From Heteronotia binoei (Eukaryota), in NCBI RefSeq assembly GCF_032191835.1, contig NC_083225.1:149978001-150042000 (forward strand): DNA of 64,000 bases, written 5' to 3'. Under the pieces are notes generated by a model. It saw only the letters and a list, made by a program, of their open reading frames with translations, was not told where the DNA came from and did not search any database. Positions 9,993 to 21,405 of this stretch are shown piece by piece. Numbering within the stretch: the stretch's first letter is position 1; every line of letters starts with the position of its first letter. Position numbers and translations under genes: made by a program.

Positions 9993-11577
9993 TACAGTAA
10001 TTGTAAAGATGTGGCTTTTGGCAGGCCAGAAGAACATGATTATTCATGCTAATTGATGTGGGTCAGTGAATGATGTGTGTCTTTTGGGGAAAAATATACC
10101 TATGGAAGGTCAGGCTGTGGTGAATCAGGATGCAAAATTGGTGCATGCAGGAAGCCTGATCACCAGATGTACTCTTGTCACTTCTTTGGTTGGCCTAGGC
10201 AACAGAACTGGTCAATATTTTTTCTGTGACAGGATCAGCTAGGTATCAGTAAAATAAACTTCTCTGATGAAACCATAGTTAAAGTTTATTAGTACTGAAG
10301 AAGCAAGAGCCAATCTATGCATGAACAGCCTTGCCAGGAATGAGAGGTGAAAAAGTTGCAGTATGGTGGTAGTTATAGAGCATTTGTGTGGGTAAATTCT
10401 GGCGCTTCTCCCTCCCACCTTCAAGATGTTCAAACTCATTCCCACCAAGTATCATAACAGTGAGTGTATTCTCAGTCCAGTCCAAGGTCATGACAGTTAG
10501 GAAGAGATCTGCTCAAGGGTCTGGAAGCTGGTTGCGTTAGTAACATAATGGAGCAAGCGCAGGTTACACAAATTCTAAGTTAGCTGCAAAAGTAGAAACG
10601 TTCCCCTCCCCATCCATACAGACATCAGAAATACAATGCATTTTAAAAACAGAATGGTAGGCACCCCTGCTTGTTTTCTAATTCCCATTATTTTAGTGTC
10701 TTTCAAAAACACTCTACATGATTATGTTTTCTGGAATATGTGGACTTTCCCCCCTTTGTATGGTTTCTTTCCATCTTCTCCCACCAGGCTTGATTGCACC
10801 TCATTGAGACAGTTGGAAAATGCTTTTTGCCTTTTTTGAAAAAGAATCAAGCTACTGTTCATGAGAAAAAAACACCTTTCAAGCAATGAGTATTTCTCTG
10901 TTGCAATGTGATATTAGTCAATGCCTGTCTCCATGTTACAAGATTACTCATAGTTTGGCTGCAGTTGACTCAGATTTAATTCTGAGACCACTGCTATACT
11001 CTAGTCAGGGGGGAAACCCCCGATTCTCACTAAAATTTCTCACACTCTTCCATATTTCTTCCAACACATTCCTGTTGTATAGAACAGCTACATCTACTCT
11101 ATATGAAATACAGCCTCAGCTCAGACCTAGACAACAGCTCTGCTTGCTCTTGGTCACCACTGCCCCCCCAAGACACCTGAACACTAGGGGCTTTCTTGGA
11201 AATGGAAAAGGCCAGTCCCCCATTCTTGGATTCCTGACGGCTTTGATGCAGAGTAAGGAAAATGAACAGTGATATCCTCTGCTTTTAACCCTTCTTATCT
11301 GGTAAGAAGAAAGTCAATCATCTCCTTTGCTGGGAGGGAGCTGAGCTATGCTTGCACTCTTTACCATTAAGCAATGTGCAATGTCTCTTTTTTGATCTGC
11401 TTTCGCTAGTATCATTCATTATATTCTCCTCAGAGCACTGCAGATTGAGTTACATTCAGTGTACAGAGCTATGCATTTGATTTTTTTTTACCTGCTTTGC
11501 AGAGCTGGAAGAGACCCAGGGCTCCTGACTGTAATATGCCCAAAGCAAAGAACAGACACATTGTCTAATGTAATGCA

Positions 11578-11766
11578 CAGTGTGTTGGATTGGGAGACCC
11601 CGGTTCAAATCCCCATGAAAGCTTACTGGGTAAACTTGTGCTGGTCACACTTTCAGCCTAACCTAGGCTAGCTCACAGGGCTGTTGTGAGGATAAAACGA
11701 AGATTGGAAGAGCAATGTTGTAAACTGTTTTGGGTCCCTATTGAGGAGAAAAGCAAGGAATAAATC
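11578..11766 (+). mobile_element. Squam3/MIR-like SINE
   Basis: GGAGACCCCGGTTCAAATCCCCA B-box-like motif and CACAGGGCTGTTGTGAGGATAAA core. Confidence 0.7.
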
Positions 11767-13684
11767 TTGGAATTAATTGATTAAAGTTAATTAGTGGACC
11801 AAACTATATACTTCAAGGAAACGCAATATCACTGATGTTGCCAATGTGACATTGGAGAAATTCATTCAGATACTGTAGTCAGTCTGAGCTTGAAGATACA
11901 CAGAATCCTTCTGCCAGCAAATATGTAATTGAATATCTCTGTACAACACCCAATTCTTATTTCTTAAGAACTAGGTAATTCTTAAGATCACTGGCACAGT
12001 GAGGTAGGAGGGAGACATTCCTAACATTGAGAGACCACAACAGAGGCTTCTGTTGTGCTTTGTTCTTGTTTGCAGTGGCATCACATCATTTTGCCTACTA
12101 CAGTGCCAGCCGAAAGATTTAATTTCAAACCACTGCCCAAGTTTCAGTTGTGACCACACAAAAAAAATGCCATTCAGCTTGGTTTTCCTTTGCTTCATCT
12201 TGTGACTAAAAGAAGACATAAGCCACGTAATATGGACTTTTGTAGTCAGCATAAACACACTTTTATTTCTCATCTGGTAAAGCATGGCGTAAAATTTCAT
12301 TTGATCTGAAAAATATCTAAATATCAAGCATGCTGGAATCCTAAACAAATTGAGCAATAAACCTTACTAAAAATAGTGACTTACTTCCAAGTCATCATGA
12401 ATGGCAGCCAATTTTGTATAAAACTCTTTGGTGACACAGACAAATACACATCATTCAACTAAGAAGGCAATTATGCTAAATAATTTATTCTACCAAGATT
12501 GGACGGTATTGTGTGGTGTAAAACTAACTGGACAAGTTTGCAAGTTTGAAAAACTAGCCTTTTGTTTCTATTCTGTATTATTTAAGCATCTTTTAAATAT
12601 GTGTTTATTGCATTTAGGGAGTTCACAAGGCAGGGACAGAAGAGAGCAGGCTGACAGTTGAGTTGCGTATTACTCAGTTCCTCCATGTGATTTTGTATTT
12701 GGCCATGACCACACTGAGAAAGGATAGTGTGAATTAAATTTATCTTTTTACAGCAGTCACAAAATGACTGTTGTCTTATTGTTTATATAGCCAAGTTCAC
12801 ACCAAGGGCAGAAAGGCTGTTTAATTTGCAGAAGTTCTTGGTGGGTCATTGCCCTGAACGATTGCTGACAACAGGGAGCAAGCAGAGTCAAGCCCCATTG
12901 TAAGTTTTGTTTCCACCTAACAAAAATTGCCAGAAGCCCGACATTTACAATTAATGGTAACTTGTAAACTAATTTTATTCACATAATGAGATAATACTTA
13001 ATCTCTGTCTGAGTAACATGCAAGACTGAAAGAAACATCTACTTCTGACAGAATTCCCCAACATTGACTCTGAAGTCAACAGATTTGTTTTCTGTAGATC
13101 CCTTGTTTAAAAACAGTGCATAAGTAGAAATTTGAATTTCTAGTGGTTCATTTTGTAGTTTTCTACATCTTGAGAATATACAAATATCAAGTAATAATTA
13201 CTTAAACGCTTATAGAAAAAAAATTATTTATGTATTTTAGTTACAAAAGACTTCCCACCAACTAACATTATTCTAACACATTTATAATTTTTTATCATTC
13301 ATAATGTGAAGCAAAGAAGAGCAAACATTGAGAGGAAAATGAAGTGAAGGAGTTTGCAAGGATCAAACTATTCAGTATTACAACAAAAAATGAAAAAGAG
13401 AGGGAATTTATCATACAAATAACGCATTCTGAACTAATTTCTCTATGGTAATAGCATGTACAAATTTTCATTGCAAGCTCTCCCTTGAATTAAAAGAACA
13501 AGATCTGATTCAGGTCAGTTGCTCCGTAGTTCATAATAATTTCACTGACCTGCTTATGATCCTCTATGATTTCCTCTTATTAGTTTTTAAGTGGCCTTCA
13601 GGAACTTATCATTATAATAATTACAGAGTATATTCCAATAAAACCTCACATTTAACTATACAGTTAAAGGTAATTGACATGACA

Positions 13685-13805
13685 AAGTACTAGAACAAAC
13701 TACAAAAGCTTATACACAGAGTTAAACTTGGTTGGTCTTAAAGGTACTACTGGACTCAAACTTTGTTCTATTGCTTCAAAGAAACATGGCTGCCCACTTG
13801 AATTT
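13685..13805 (+). mobile_element. Penelope-like terminal fragment just downstream of GPR15
   Basis: AAAAGCTTATAC...GGTTGGTCTTAAAGGTACTACTGGACTCAAACTTTG. Confidence 0.65.
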
Positions 13806-13955
13806 ATGACCCATACTATGATGTTACAGTCCTTCTCTTATGGGTTCTCACTAATCCTTTATCTTTAAGTATGCTCATTTTGTTCTTTCACCTCCATCAT
13901 TTTTTTTACCCCTTCTGCCTTGTGTGGGGTGGATCTCTCAGAATTATGGCTCTTC

Positions 13956-15035
13956 TCAGAGCGACAGTGACCTCCTCCTCCTCCTAGATACATCTTCTCC
14001 ATGGACAGTCAAGGAGTAGCTGAGGCGTGTGTCTGTGGAATCGGAACTGGTGCCAAGGCTGCTGGCCTTCACGCATGGAAGCATGCATTGCATCATGGCC
14101 CTACGAATGTAGTCATCAAAAAAGTAGTAGATGAGAGGGTTTGTGCAGCTGTTGGCAAATGCAAAAGGGCCACTCAGTTCCATGCCCAGGTAGGCAACTT
14201 TGTAGGTAAGACAGAAAGGTGGCTTTAGTTCCTGAATGCCGGACACCACGGACAGAAATTTAAAAATGTTGTAAGGGGCCCAGGAGAACACAAAGGCAAT
14301 CACCACAATGAAGACAACTTTGATGGATTTCTTCAGCTTTTTGTTATGCTTTCCAGATTTCTTACAATGTATACAGAGTTTCCTGGTGATGGAGCAGTAA
14401 AACAGCAAGATGCTCAAGAGCGGTAAAAAGAAGGCCAAAATTATCTGCAAAAGTGACCCAATCTGATTAATGAACGTGGCTTTCTTGTCTTCACAGTATG
14501 TGTTGTCATTGTAGTTCCCCAGTTCTCTGGAGAGAAGGGTAGGCAATCCGAGCAGGCATGACAGAATCCAGACAGAGATGCAAAGGGTGACAGAATGGAG
14601 CTTTGTTCTGATCCTTCTGGCCACTGATGGATGCATGATGGCGAGATACCGGTCGGCACTCATACAAGTGAGAAGGAAAATACTGCAGTACATGTTGACT
14701 GAGATGATGTAGGAACTGCCTTTGCAGATGAACAAGCCTGACCTCCACAGCCCTGAGAATATCTCTTTGTCTACCCAAAAGGGCAAGGTGATAAGAAAAA
14801 CAAAATCAGAGGCTGCCAAATTGACAATGAAAATGTCAATCAGCCTCTGGATACGCCGCTTGAAGATCAGGGCTCCCATCAGAAGGGTGTTGCCAACAAT
14901 CCCTACCAGAAACACACTGGCATATAGAGCAGGCAGGAAAATATCTTTGTAAGGCAGCAGCACAGCTGGACAGTTGTTGTCTGCAGCCTCTGTGCTAAAA
15001 AAATCATCATAATAGTTGACAGTTGATCCTTCCAT
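13956..15035 (-). CDS. GPR15: G protein-coupled receptor 15 (class A chemoattractant receptor), single coding exon, 359 aa
   Basis: Seven TM segments with GN (TM1), NLAASD, ADRY, CWxP-like FSWAPY and NPLIY motifs. Tyr/acidic N-terminus NYYDDFF and C-terminal RRRRRSLSL. It lies next to CLDND1 as in human. The first ATG is at 15035; the ORF-track start at 15143 is a TTG. Confidence 0.97.
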   Translation of the reverse strand: MEGSTVNYYDDFFSTEAADNNCPAVLLPYKDIFLPALYASVFLVGIVGNTLLMGALIFKRRIQRLIDIFIVNLAASDFVFLITLPFWVDKEIFSGLWRSGLFICKGSSYIISVNMYCSIFLLTCMSADRYLAIMHPSVARRIRTKLHSVTLCISVWILSCLLGLPTLLSRELGNYNDNTYCEDKKATFINQIGSLLQIILAFFLPLLSILLFYCSITRKLCIHCKKSGKHNKKLKKSIKVVFIVVIAFVFSWAPYNIFKFLSVVSGIQELKPPFCLTYKVAYLGMELSGPFAFANSCTNPLIYYFFDDYIRRAMMQCMLPCVKASSLGTSSDSTDTRLSYSLTVHGEDVSRRRRRSLSL

Positions 15036-15774
15036 CTCTGAGTGATGCCTGTGAAGGAGTCTTCTGTATTGCTGTGTATTCTCAGTGCAACAGGCAACAG
15101 TTTTGATCTTTCCGTCCCCTTTTGATGACTTTACAGATGGCAAGGAAATCCTATAATGCAGAAGTCACAAACTGACCTCTCATTAGTACTGTAAATGCCT
15201 TGCAGAAAATGGGAGGGCCTGATTGCATTTGACCAATCTGCTTGTTTCATTCTAAATATACTTTAAATTTTATCTTCCTGCTGCATTTGACTATAAAAAA
15301 GCTTGGGGGTGATTTCCTTGAATTTTGAAAGATGAAGATAAGTTTCTTTGCAAATGAAATATTTCAAATGAGAAGATTTTGAGGTTACAGAGGTTGTAGA
15401 AAGCAGGAAGTTGTAAATTCTCCTTCTTTTGAGGAGTTATTGTCATTTAAATAACGGTTTACCTGTCCAGTATGTTGTTCTAAGACTGGGAGGAGGGTTG
15501 TTCCCACAGCTTGCAACTGGCATTTTACAGGGATTTTTTTTTTTAATCTAAAACAAGGCAGTTTTGTCTTGCCTCCTCAGCTTTGTTTGCAGTAAAAATT
15601 TATACTCTACATATATAGTTGTGGTACTGAGCTTCACTCTAGCCTTTAATATAACTTATTTTTATTGCTCTTAAAACAGTATCTTGCCTTTGAATTTTCT
15701 TGGAAGTTTGCTCTGTTTGCCCTATTATCATTTGCTTACCTTGTTTGTCTTTTTGTCAATCCATGCTATTTGTA

Positions 15775-16015
15775 ACTCTTCTTCAACACCACATTTCAAA
15801 TGAATCAGCTTTCTTCCTGGTAGCTTTCTTCATTGTCCAGTTTTCACACTCATACATAGTAATGGGGGGAATTATAGCATGAATTATCTTCATAGTGGTT
15901 GCCAGATAATTGCGTTTAAGAATAGTTTCTAGTTCCTTTGTGGCTATCCTTCCCAGTCTCAGTCTCCTTCTGATTTCTTGGTTGCAGTCTCCCTTTTGGT
16001 TGACGATGGAGCCAT
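15775..16015 (-). mobile_element. RTE/BovB-like LINE RT fragment
   Basis: GSIVNQKGDCNQEIRRRLRLGR...MYECENWTMKKA.RKKADSFEMWC. Confidence 0.9.
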
Positions 16016-16139
16016 GAAAAGCTATGATTGGTTTTAAAAGAAATGAGTGTGCCACATTTGATTTTTTTTAACATTTTAATTTGATTTTTAAGACATAACA
16101 GTTGTAAATAAAAATAAAAATAGTAAATATAAATGATCA

Positions 16140-18180
16140 GTAACACTTGACTGACAAGTTCAACAGGAGGCATCAGGCCTAGTGTCTTCCATGGTGGCAC
16201 TGGGGCTCTCCCAGCTTGTATTGGGTCTCAATGACTAAGCAAACCACATGCTGGATCTGATCTTTGGCACAGGGATGGATATGGATCTGACAGCAAAAGC
16301 TGAGGTGGTCAGATCATCTCAACCTGAAGGCCTGGTTGAGTGTCTCTGCCCTGCCATCTAGGCAGTGAGCAGATTTATGAAATCCTAGCTCTTGTCTGGC
16401 ACAATTGTTTAATTAGGTCTTTAATCACTCTGAGAACACAAAATGTTAGAAATTCAGCTATCAGCTATGTGGTTTTCATGAGCTTTTTTGAGGATAAAGT
16501 CTTGTTGCTCCACCACAACCTGGCCAGTGTCGATATAATTTGTGAACTGGAGGCCCCTTGGCTGCCTTTGGATTCTATATTTGACAACTTCAGCCAACTC
16601 TCACAGACCAATGTTGACAGGATTCTGGGTGCTGTCAGGCAGACTACATGCCTCTTAGACCCGTGTCCCTTGTGGTTGGTGAAGGCCAGTGGCAAAGGAA
16701 GTCAGGTTGCCCTGCTAGACATTATTAATCTATCCCTGGGTTCAGGGGTCTGCCTGGAGGGAATGAAAAAGGCTGTGGTTGAACAGCTCCTGAAGAAACC
16801 AGCTTTGGATTCCATGGAACCTTCCAATTACTGCTCAATCTCGAATCCTCTCTCTGATTTTGTTTAACATATGCACGCACCCCTTCACCAAATTGGTGCA
16901 GAGTTTCAGATTAGGTTATCACCAGTACACTGATGACACCCAGCTATATCTGTTGATGGGCGACCAGTGAGATACCACCCCAGCAAATCTGGCTGAGGAT
17001 CTGGAGGCTGTGGTGGGATGACTTAAACTGAGCTGACTGAGACTGAATCTGATTAAGATGGAGGTTCTATGGTTGGGGAAGGAGGGCTCAGAGTTGGGGG
17101 TCAGTGTTTCTTCTAAGCTTAGTGTGAGCTAGCTCAGTTTTTAAACCTCTGGCTCACACGTTTTTGTCTTAGCTCAGGAAGGATGGCCCTAGAGCAAAGT
17201 AATTTATGCAGTAGCCAAATTGCTCCCTCACAACTTTGATGCCAGCAACTCACGAAGTAGAATTTTTGCTAACAAGACTTAGAGGGAGCATTGGCTGAAG
17301 TGCTGACTCTCAGCTCTTGACGGTATGCCCTTGACACTGACACCAACTGTCAAGAGCCTGGGTGTGAATCTGGATGCCTCCTTATCAGTGGAGGCCCAGA
17401 TCGTAAATGTTGCCAGGCTGGCATTTTTCCAAGTATGCCAGGTCAGACATCTGGCCCCCTTACTTGTCTTGCTCTGACTTCGCCACTGTAATCCATGAAG
17501 TGGTCACCTCCAGACAGGACTACTATAATTCGCTCTATATGGGGCTACCCCCGAATTTGACCTGGAAACTCCAGCTGATCCAGAGTGCAGCAATGTGAGT
17601 CCTAATGGGTGCACCATGCACCGAACACATCCAACCTCCTGTACTTCATGAGCTGCACTGGCTTCCAATGGAGTATTGGTCAGGTTCAAGATTATAGTAT
17701 TATTAACCTTTAAAGCCCTATATGTTGAGCGACCCACATATCTTTGGGACCACCTCTCCTGGTATTCCTCCCCCCACCCAAAGGGCATTATGCTCTGCTG
17801 ATAAGAACCTGCTGGAGGTCCCCAGCTTGAGAGACCTCCTCTGTCCTCACCCCGGAAATTTTCAGCCCTGGCCCCAACCTGGTGGAACTCTCTGCCAATT
17901 AACACCACAGTTCTGTGGGGCTTGCAAGGCAGAAATGTTCTGCCAGGCATTTGATTGAGGACAGTAGTGGCTCATTCCTGCTTTCCCTGCCTCTCTTTCT
18001 TCTCCTGTCTTCCCTCCCCCACCCCAACCCCAGCAAGACAGCTTTACAGCCATTTGATTGGTATTAATTGTATTTTATGATTATAACCTTTTATTGTGTT
18101 TTATGAATATTTTGATGTACACCGCCCTGAGCCTTATCCTACAAAAGAAGGTAGTTTAAACACTGAGATAAAGGAATGAA
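16140..18180 (+). mobile_element. Fragmented L2-clade LINE (endonuclease and RT pieces plus 3' tail), interrupted by a MITE at 17102-17293
   Basis: HMLDLIF-like EN motif, LLKKPALDS..SNYCSISN, SLGVNLDASLS, VVTSRQDYYNSLYMGLP.NLTWKLQLIQSAA. Confidence 0.9.
17102..17293. mobile_element. hAT-type MITE nested in the L2
   Basis: TIRs CAGTGTTTCTTCTAAG / CTTAGAGGGAGCATTG. No clear TSD. Confidence 0.65.
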
Positions 18181-18204
18181 TGAATTTCCTATTCCATATA
18201 TGGA

Positions 18205-18455
18205 GACAAAGCAGGAATCAAGTATCACCTTTAAGACCAACCAATTTTTATTCAGAACGTAAGCTTTCGTACGCTCACTTAAGCATACTTCATCAGACGA
18301 AGGGATCAGGTATACCTTATCCCCTCGTCTGAAGGGTGCTTAAGAGAGCGCACGGAAGCTTACGTTCTGAATAAAAAATAAAAATCCTGAATAAAAAAAT
18401 TAAAATCCTGCTTTGTTCTACTGCTTCAGACCAACCCAGCTGCCCACTTTGATCT
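18205..18455. mobile_element. Penelope-like terminus with fold-back inverted duplication (arms about 18245-18306 and 18319-18377)
   Basis: The arms are reverse complements centred on the palindrome AGGTATACCT (18308-18317). Confidence 0.8.
18258..18299 (-). ncRNA. Intact minimal type I hammerhead ribozyme motif (Penelope-type, dimer-cleaving class)
   Basis: Minus strand: CGU-CUGAUGA-A-GUAUGC-uuaaguga-GCGUAC-GAAA-GCUU^ACG. It has a 3-bp stem I, a 6-bp stem II and a palindromic AGCU stem III. Confidence 0.65.
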
Positions 18456-19239
18456 ATATATATGGAGATAGTTTCTTTTTTTTCCTAAATGGAATGTAGA
18501 TTGTTCTTTGACACTTTGGTAAGAGCTTAACATCCACCACTATAAAGTAATAAAGTAGCCATTTGCCTCTTTTTTTTTTGTTTACTGTGGTGAAGTCTGC
18601 AATGTGAAAAAAAAAATAATTCACAGCAGTCTTAGAATGTTCCCCACCCTGCCCACTGGGGGAACTGATATCTCTTGTCTGGAGATGAATTGTAAATCTG
18701 GAGGCCCAGGAAACACAATTTAGGAAACCAAGTCTTTTAGGCTGCTGGAACTAGCTGCCTGGCCAATGGGATCCAGATGCTATCCCACTCTAAGGCATAG
18801 TTGAAAGTACCTCCAGTCACTGGGGATCTGGGACAGTAAACTTTGTCCACAGGTAAAGAGGGACAGAGGGAGTGTTCCCAGGGATTAAATCCCCTCTAGA
18901 ATTAGTCATGCCCCACCCCCTGCTGTTCAGGCTTTCAGTTGCTGTCCACATGACTGGATCTCTGTTGCCTGGAGATCAATTGTAATCCCAGGAGATCGCC
19001 ATCACCACTTGGAGGTTGGAAGCTCTAGCTGTACAAGAGCCACTTTTTATTGAGCTGACATATTTTACACATATCACTTATTTATTAAGAAACTAATTAC
19101 AAATTAAACAAAGGAACAATATTTATCGTGTTATAACAATAAACCCTCTGATAATGTATAGCCTTATGTGTTTTTGTTATATTTGTCATTTTGATTTACT
19201 CTAATGTGTAAAAAAATTATAAACAAACCTTACCAGCCA

Positions 19240-19480
19240 ATCGCAAAACTACAATATCCTATACAAGCCACCAGTTAACTGAGCAGACAGCTCTTTGAAG
19301 GAGATGCGTGTCTGTTACGCCTGCGGATATTCCTGCCCTCTTGGACGTCACACAGGGAACTACAATTCCCAAGATGCTCAGGAATAACACCGCCCATCTG
19401 CTTTTTCTTAGCGCGGTCGATATTGCTCGAACTACAAGTTCCAGGATGCTTAGCGAAAGAGTGTTCCGAGGAAGCATCTT
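19240..19480 (+). promoter_or_regulatory. CLDND1: CLDND1 CpG-rich promoter with two ZNF143/THAP11-type ACTACA..TCCCA motifs and a CRE-like GACGTCA
   Basis: AACTACAATTCCCAAGATGC (19358-19377), AACTACAAGTTCCAGGATGC (19430-19449), GACGTCA (19344-19350), CCAAT near 19237, and local CpG enrichment. Confidence 0.75.
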
Positions 19481-19574
19481 TCCCTCTTTCAACACCGAAT
19501 GATTGCTGAGAGTGGGAGGTGGAAACAGCGCCCTGCGTTTCGAAGGGGGCTGTATGTCAGGAGGAGGATGGGAG
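19480..19574 (+). other. CLDND1: CLDND1 non-coding first exon (5' end approximate)
   Basis: Consensus donor GAG|GTGAGT at 19574/19575 inside the CpG-rich region. Confidence 0.7.
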
Positions 19575-20298
19575 GTGAGTACCGATGGGCCTTGCTGGGT
19601 CGTGGGGAGCCCGTGGTGGGGACTGGGGGCAGAGCAGGGGAAGGGACGGAGAAGTGGCTTTTTGGAGGTGCCTAAGCTCCATGACCTACATTTTAATGGG
19701 CTACTACAGTCCTTATACAGAGTACCAAATGAACAGAAGAAATACCCTCCCATGCCATACTTCGGGTCATTGTTTCAGTCCAGCAATTCGATAGAGCACC
19801 CAGATGTTTATGTGCCTTTTTTGTATACCGATCCTAAAATAGAAGCATCCTACCTTTTCCCGTGTTTTTAAAATCGTATTTTTATATTGAATATAAAAGC
19901 ATCAAGCAAATACATGAATAAAGTGTGGGGATTAAGGGGACGGGTTTAGATGGAATAGGGAAATAGAGAGGTGGGTTTTGGTATACCACCTGATTGTGTA
20001 AAGGATTAAGCTGTCGCAAGACATATTTCTGTTATCTTATTTTTATTACACTTTCCCTGGAGATGATCCCTGGCTTATATGATTAGTAAGCAAAATACAC
20101 TTTAGAACGTGAATGGATTTTCTGTTCCAGCCTAGTGACAAACACATTCTTTCTCAGATGCCGGCTTTTTATCAAAGAAAGTGTTGTTTCCACGGTTGTT
20201 ATAAAAGTCTGGCTACAACAATGGGGCCATCCTGATAACATTCTCCAAAGGAAGGAAACAGTGGTCTGGCCCTTTATTGAACTGCTGCTTTATTGAAT

Positions 20299-20376
20299 TG
20301 CTGCTGGAAATTAACTTGTGTTAAAATCACACTGTAGGCTGACTTATACAGTAATGTTCTGCTGTATTTCTCAACA
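20299..20376 (+). repeat. 78-bp perfect dispersed direct repeat, copy 1 (copy 2 at 21328-21405)
   Basis: TGCTGCTGGAAATTAACTTGTG...GTATTTCTCAACA is identical in both copies. Confidence 0.95.
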
Positions 20377-20494
20377 GAAAAAAGTAATGGGTTACAAAAT
20401 GGTCAGTTGAAGACCCCCCCCCCCCCCCGCCTTGTGTTCCTGAAATCAAAATGAGCAGAAATCTGAACTTTTAGTTCCAAATGTACTTCATAAT

Positions 20495-20680
20495 CAGGAC
20501 CGGATCTACATGTGTTTTTTTTGGGGGGGGGGGATTAAAAAATGACATCCCCTTATGGGCCATTCTATCTTATGGTCCCATAGAATACAATAGACTCCAT
20601 ACCCAATTTGGCGCCACCGCCTCCATCAGCACCCAGGGCAAGCACCCCCCTCTGCCCCCCCCCCCCCAGATCCAGCCCTG
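20495..20680. mobile_element. hAT MITE with perfect 8-bp TSD
   Basis: TIRs CAGGACCGGATCT / AGATCCAGCCCTG, flanked by TTCATAAT on both sides. Confidence 0.92.
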
Positions 20681-21327
20681 TTCATAATGATACAACTTTA
20701 CTAGTAAAACTGGATTAACAAGAGGTTCAGAAACTTGGCTTCAGTATGAGAATGTATTTACTGATACTTTAAATACCTCGTGGTAGTCTTTTTTTCCTGC
20801 ATATCCTAAAATTTATTCAGTTTACATGATTGAATGATCTGCTGGTGCAAATTCATGAATGATGTATCCCTCATTTAAACTTGTTTTATACTAAAAGATA
20901 TAAGATTAGGTTATTCTATTTGGTTGTTGGCTATGCAATCTGTTTTTTGTAACCAAGATTGTGGAATAGATTGTATGTAAAATGAACATCATTAATTTGC
21001 ACAAACTGAAATTTGCTTCACCTTGCCACCCTCCCAAACTAATTAAAATCCACCCTTAATGCTGCTGTGTGCTCTGGGGACATTATTGTGGAAGCAATAC
21101 CTTGTTAAAGCTGCTGAGTTTTTCCATCTTTCTTCGCAGAAGAGCAATGTTAGGTAGTCACCCTGGTGGGAACAGATAAGCTCTGGGTGTTTTTGTTTGT
21201 TTGTTTTTTTGAGGTTGCTGTGATGAAAATAATCTTACATTGCAGAAATCCTGGGCATCCTTACTTGGCAGCAAATTTCTCTAAAGCAGATTAGGTTTAT
21301 TGCCAAATAATTGTGCTTGAATTGGGA

Positions 21328-21405
21328 TGCTGCTGGAAATTAACTTGTGTTAAAATCACACTGTAGGCTGACTTATACAGTAATGTTCTGCTGTATTTCT
21401 CAACA
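21328..21405 (+). repeat. 78-bp perfect dispersed direct repeat, copy 2
   Basis: Identical to 20299-20376, offset 1029 bp. Confidence 0.95.

Noticed and set aside
12843-12855. IR1/FXR-like GGGTCA-T-TGCCCT
   Set aside because: A single one-mismatch motif far from any promoter, which is expected by chance.
15036-15143. 36-aa N-terminal extension of GPR15 in the ORF track
   Set aside because: It starts at TTG, not ATG. The first ATG (15035) gives 359 aa, matching the orthologue length.
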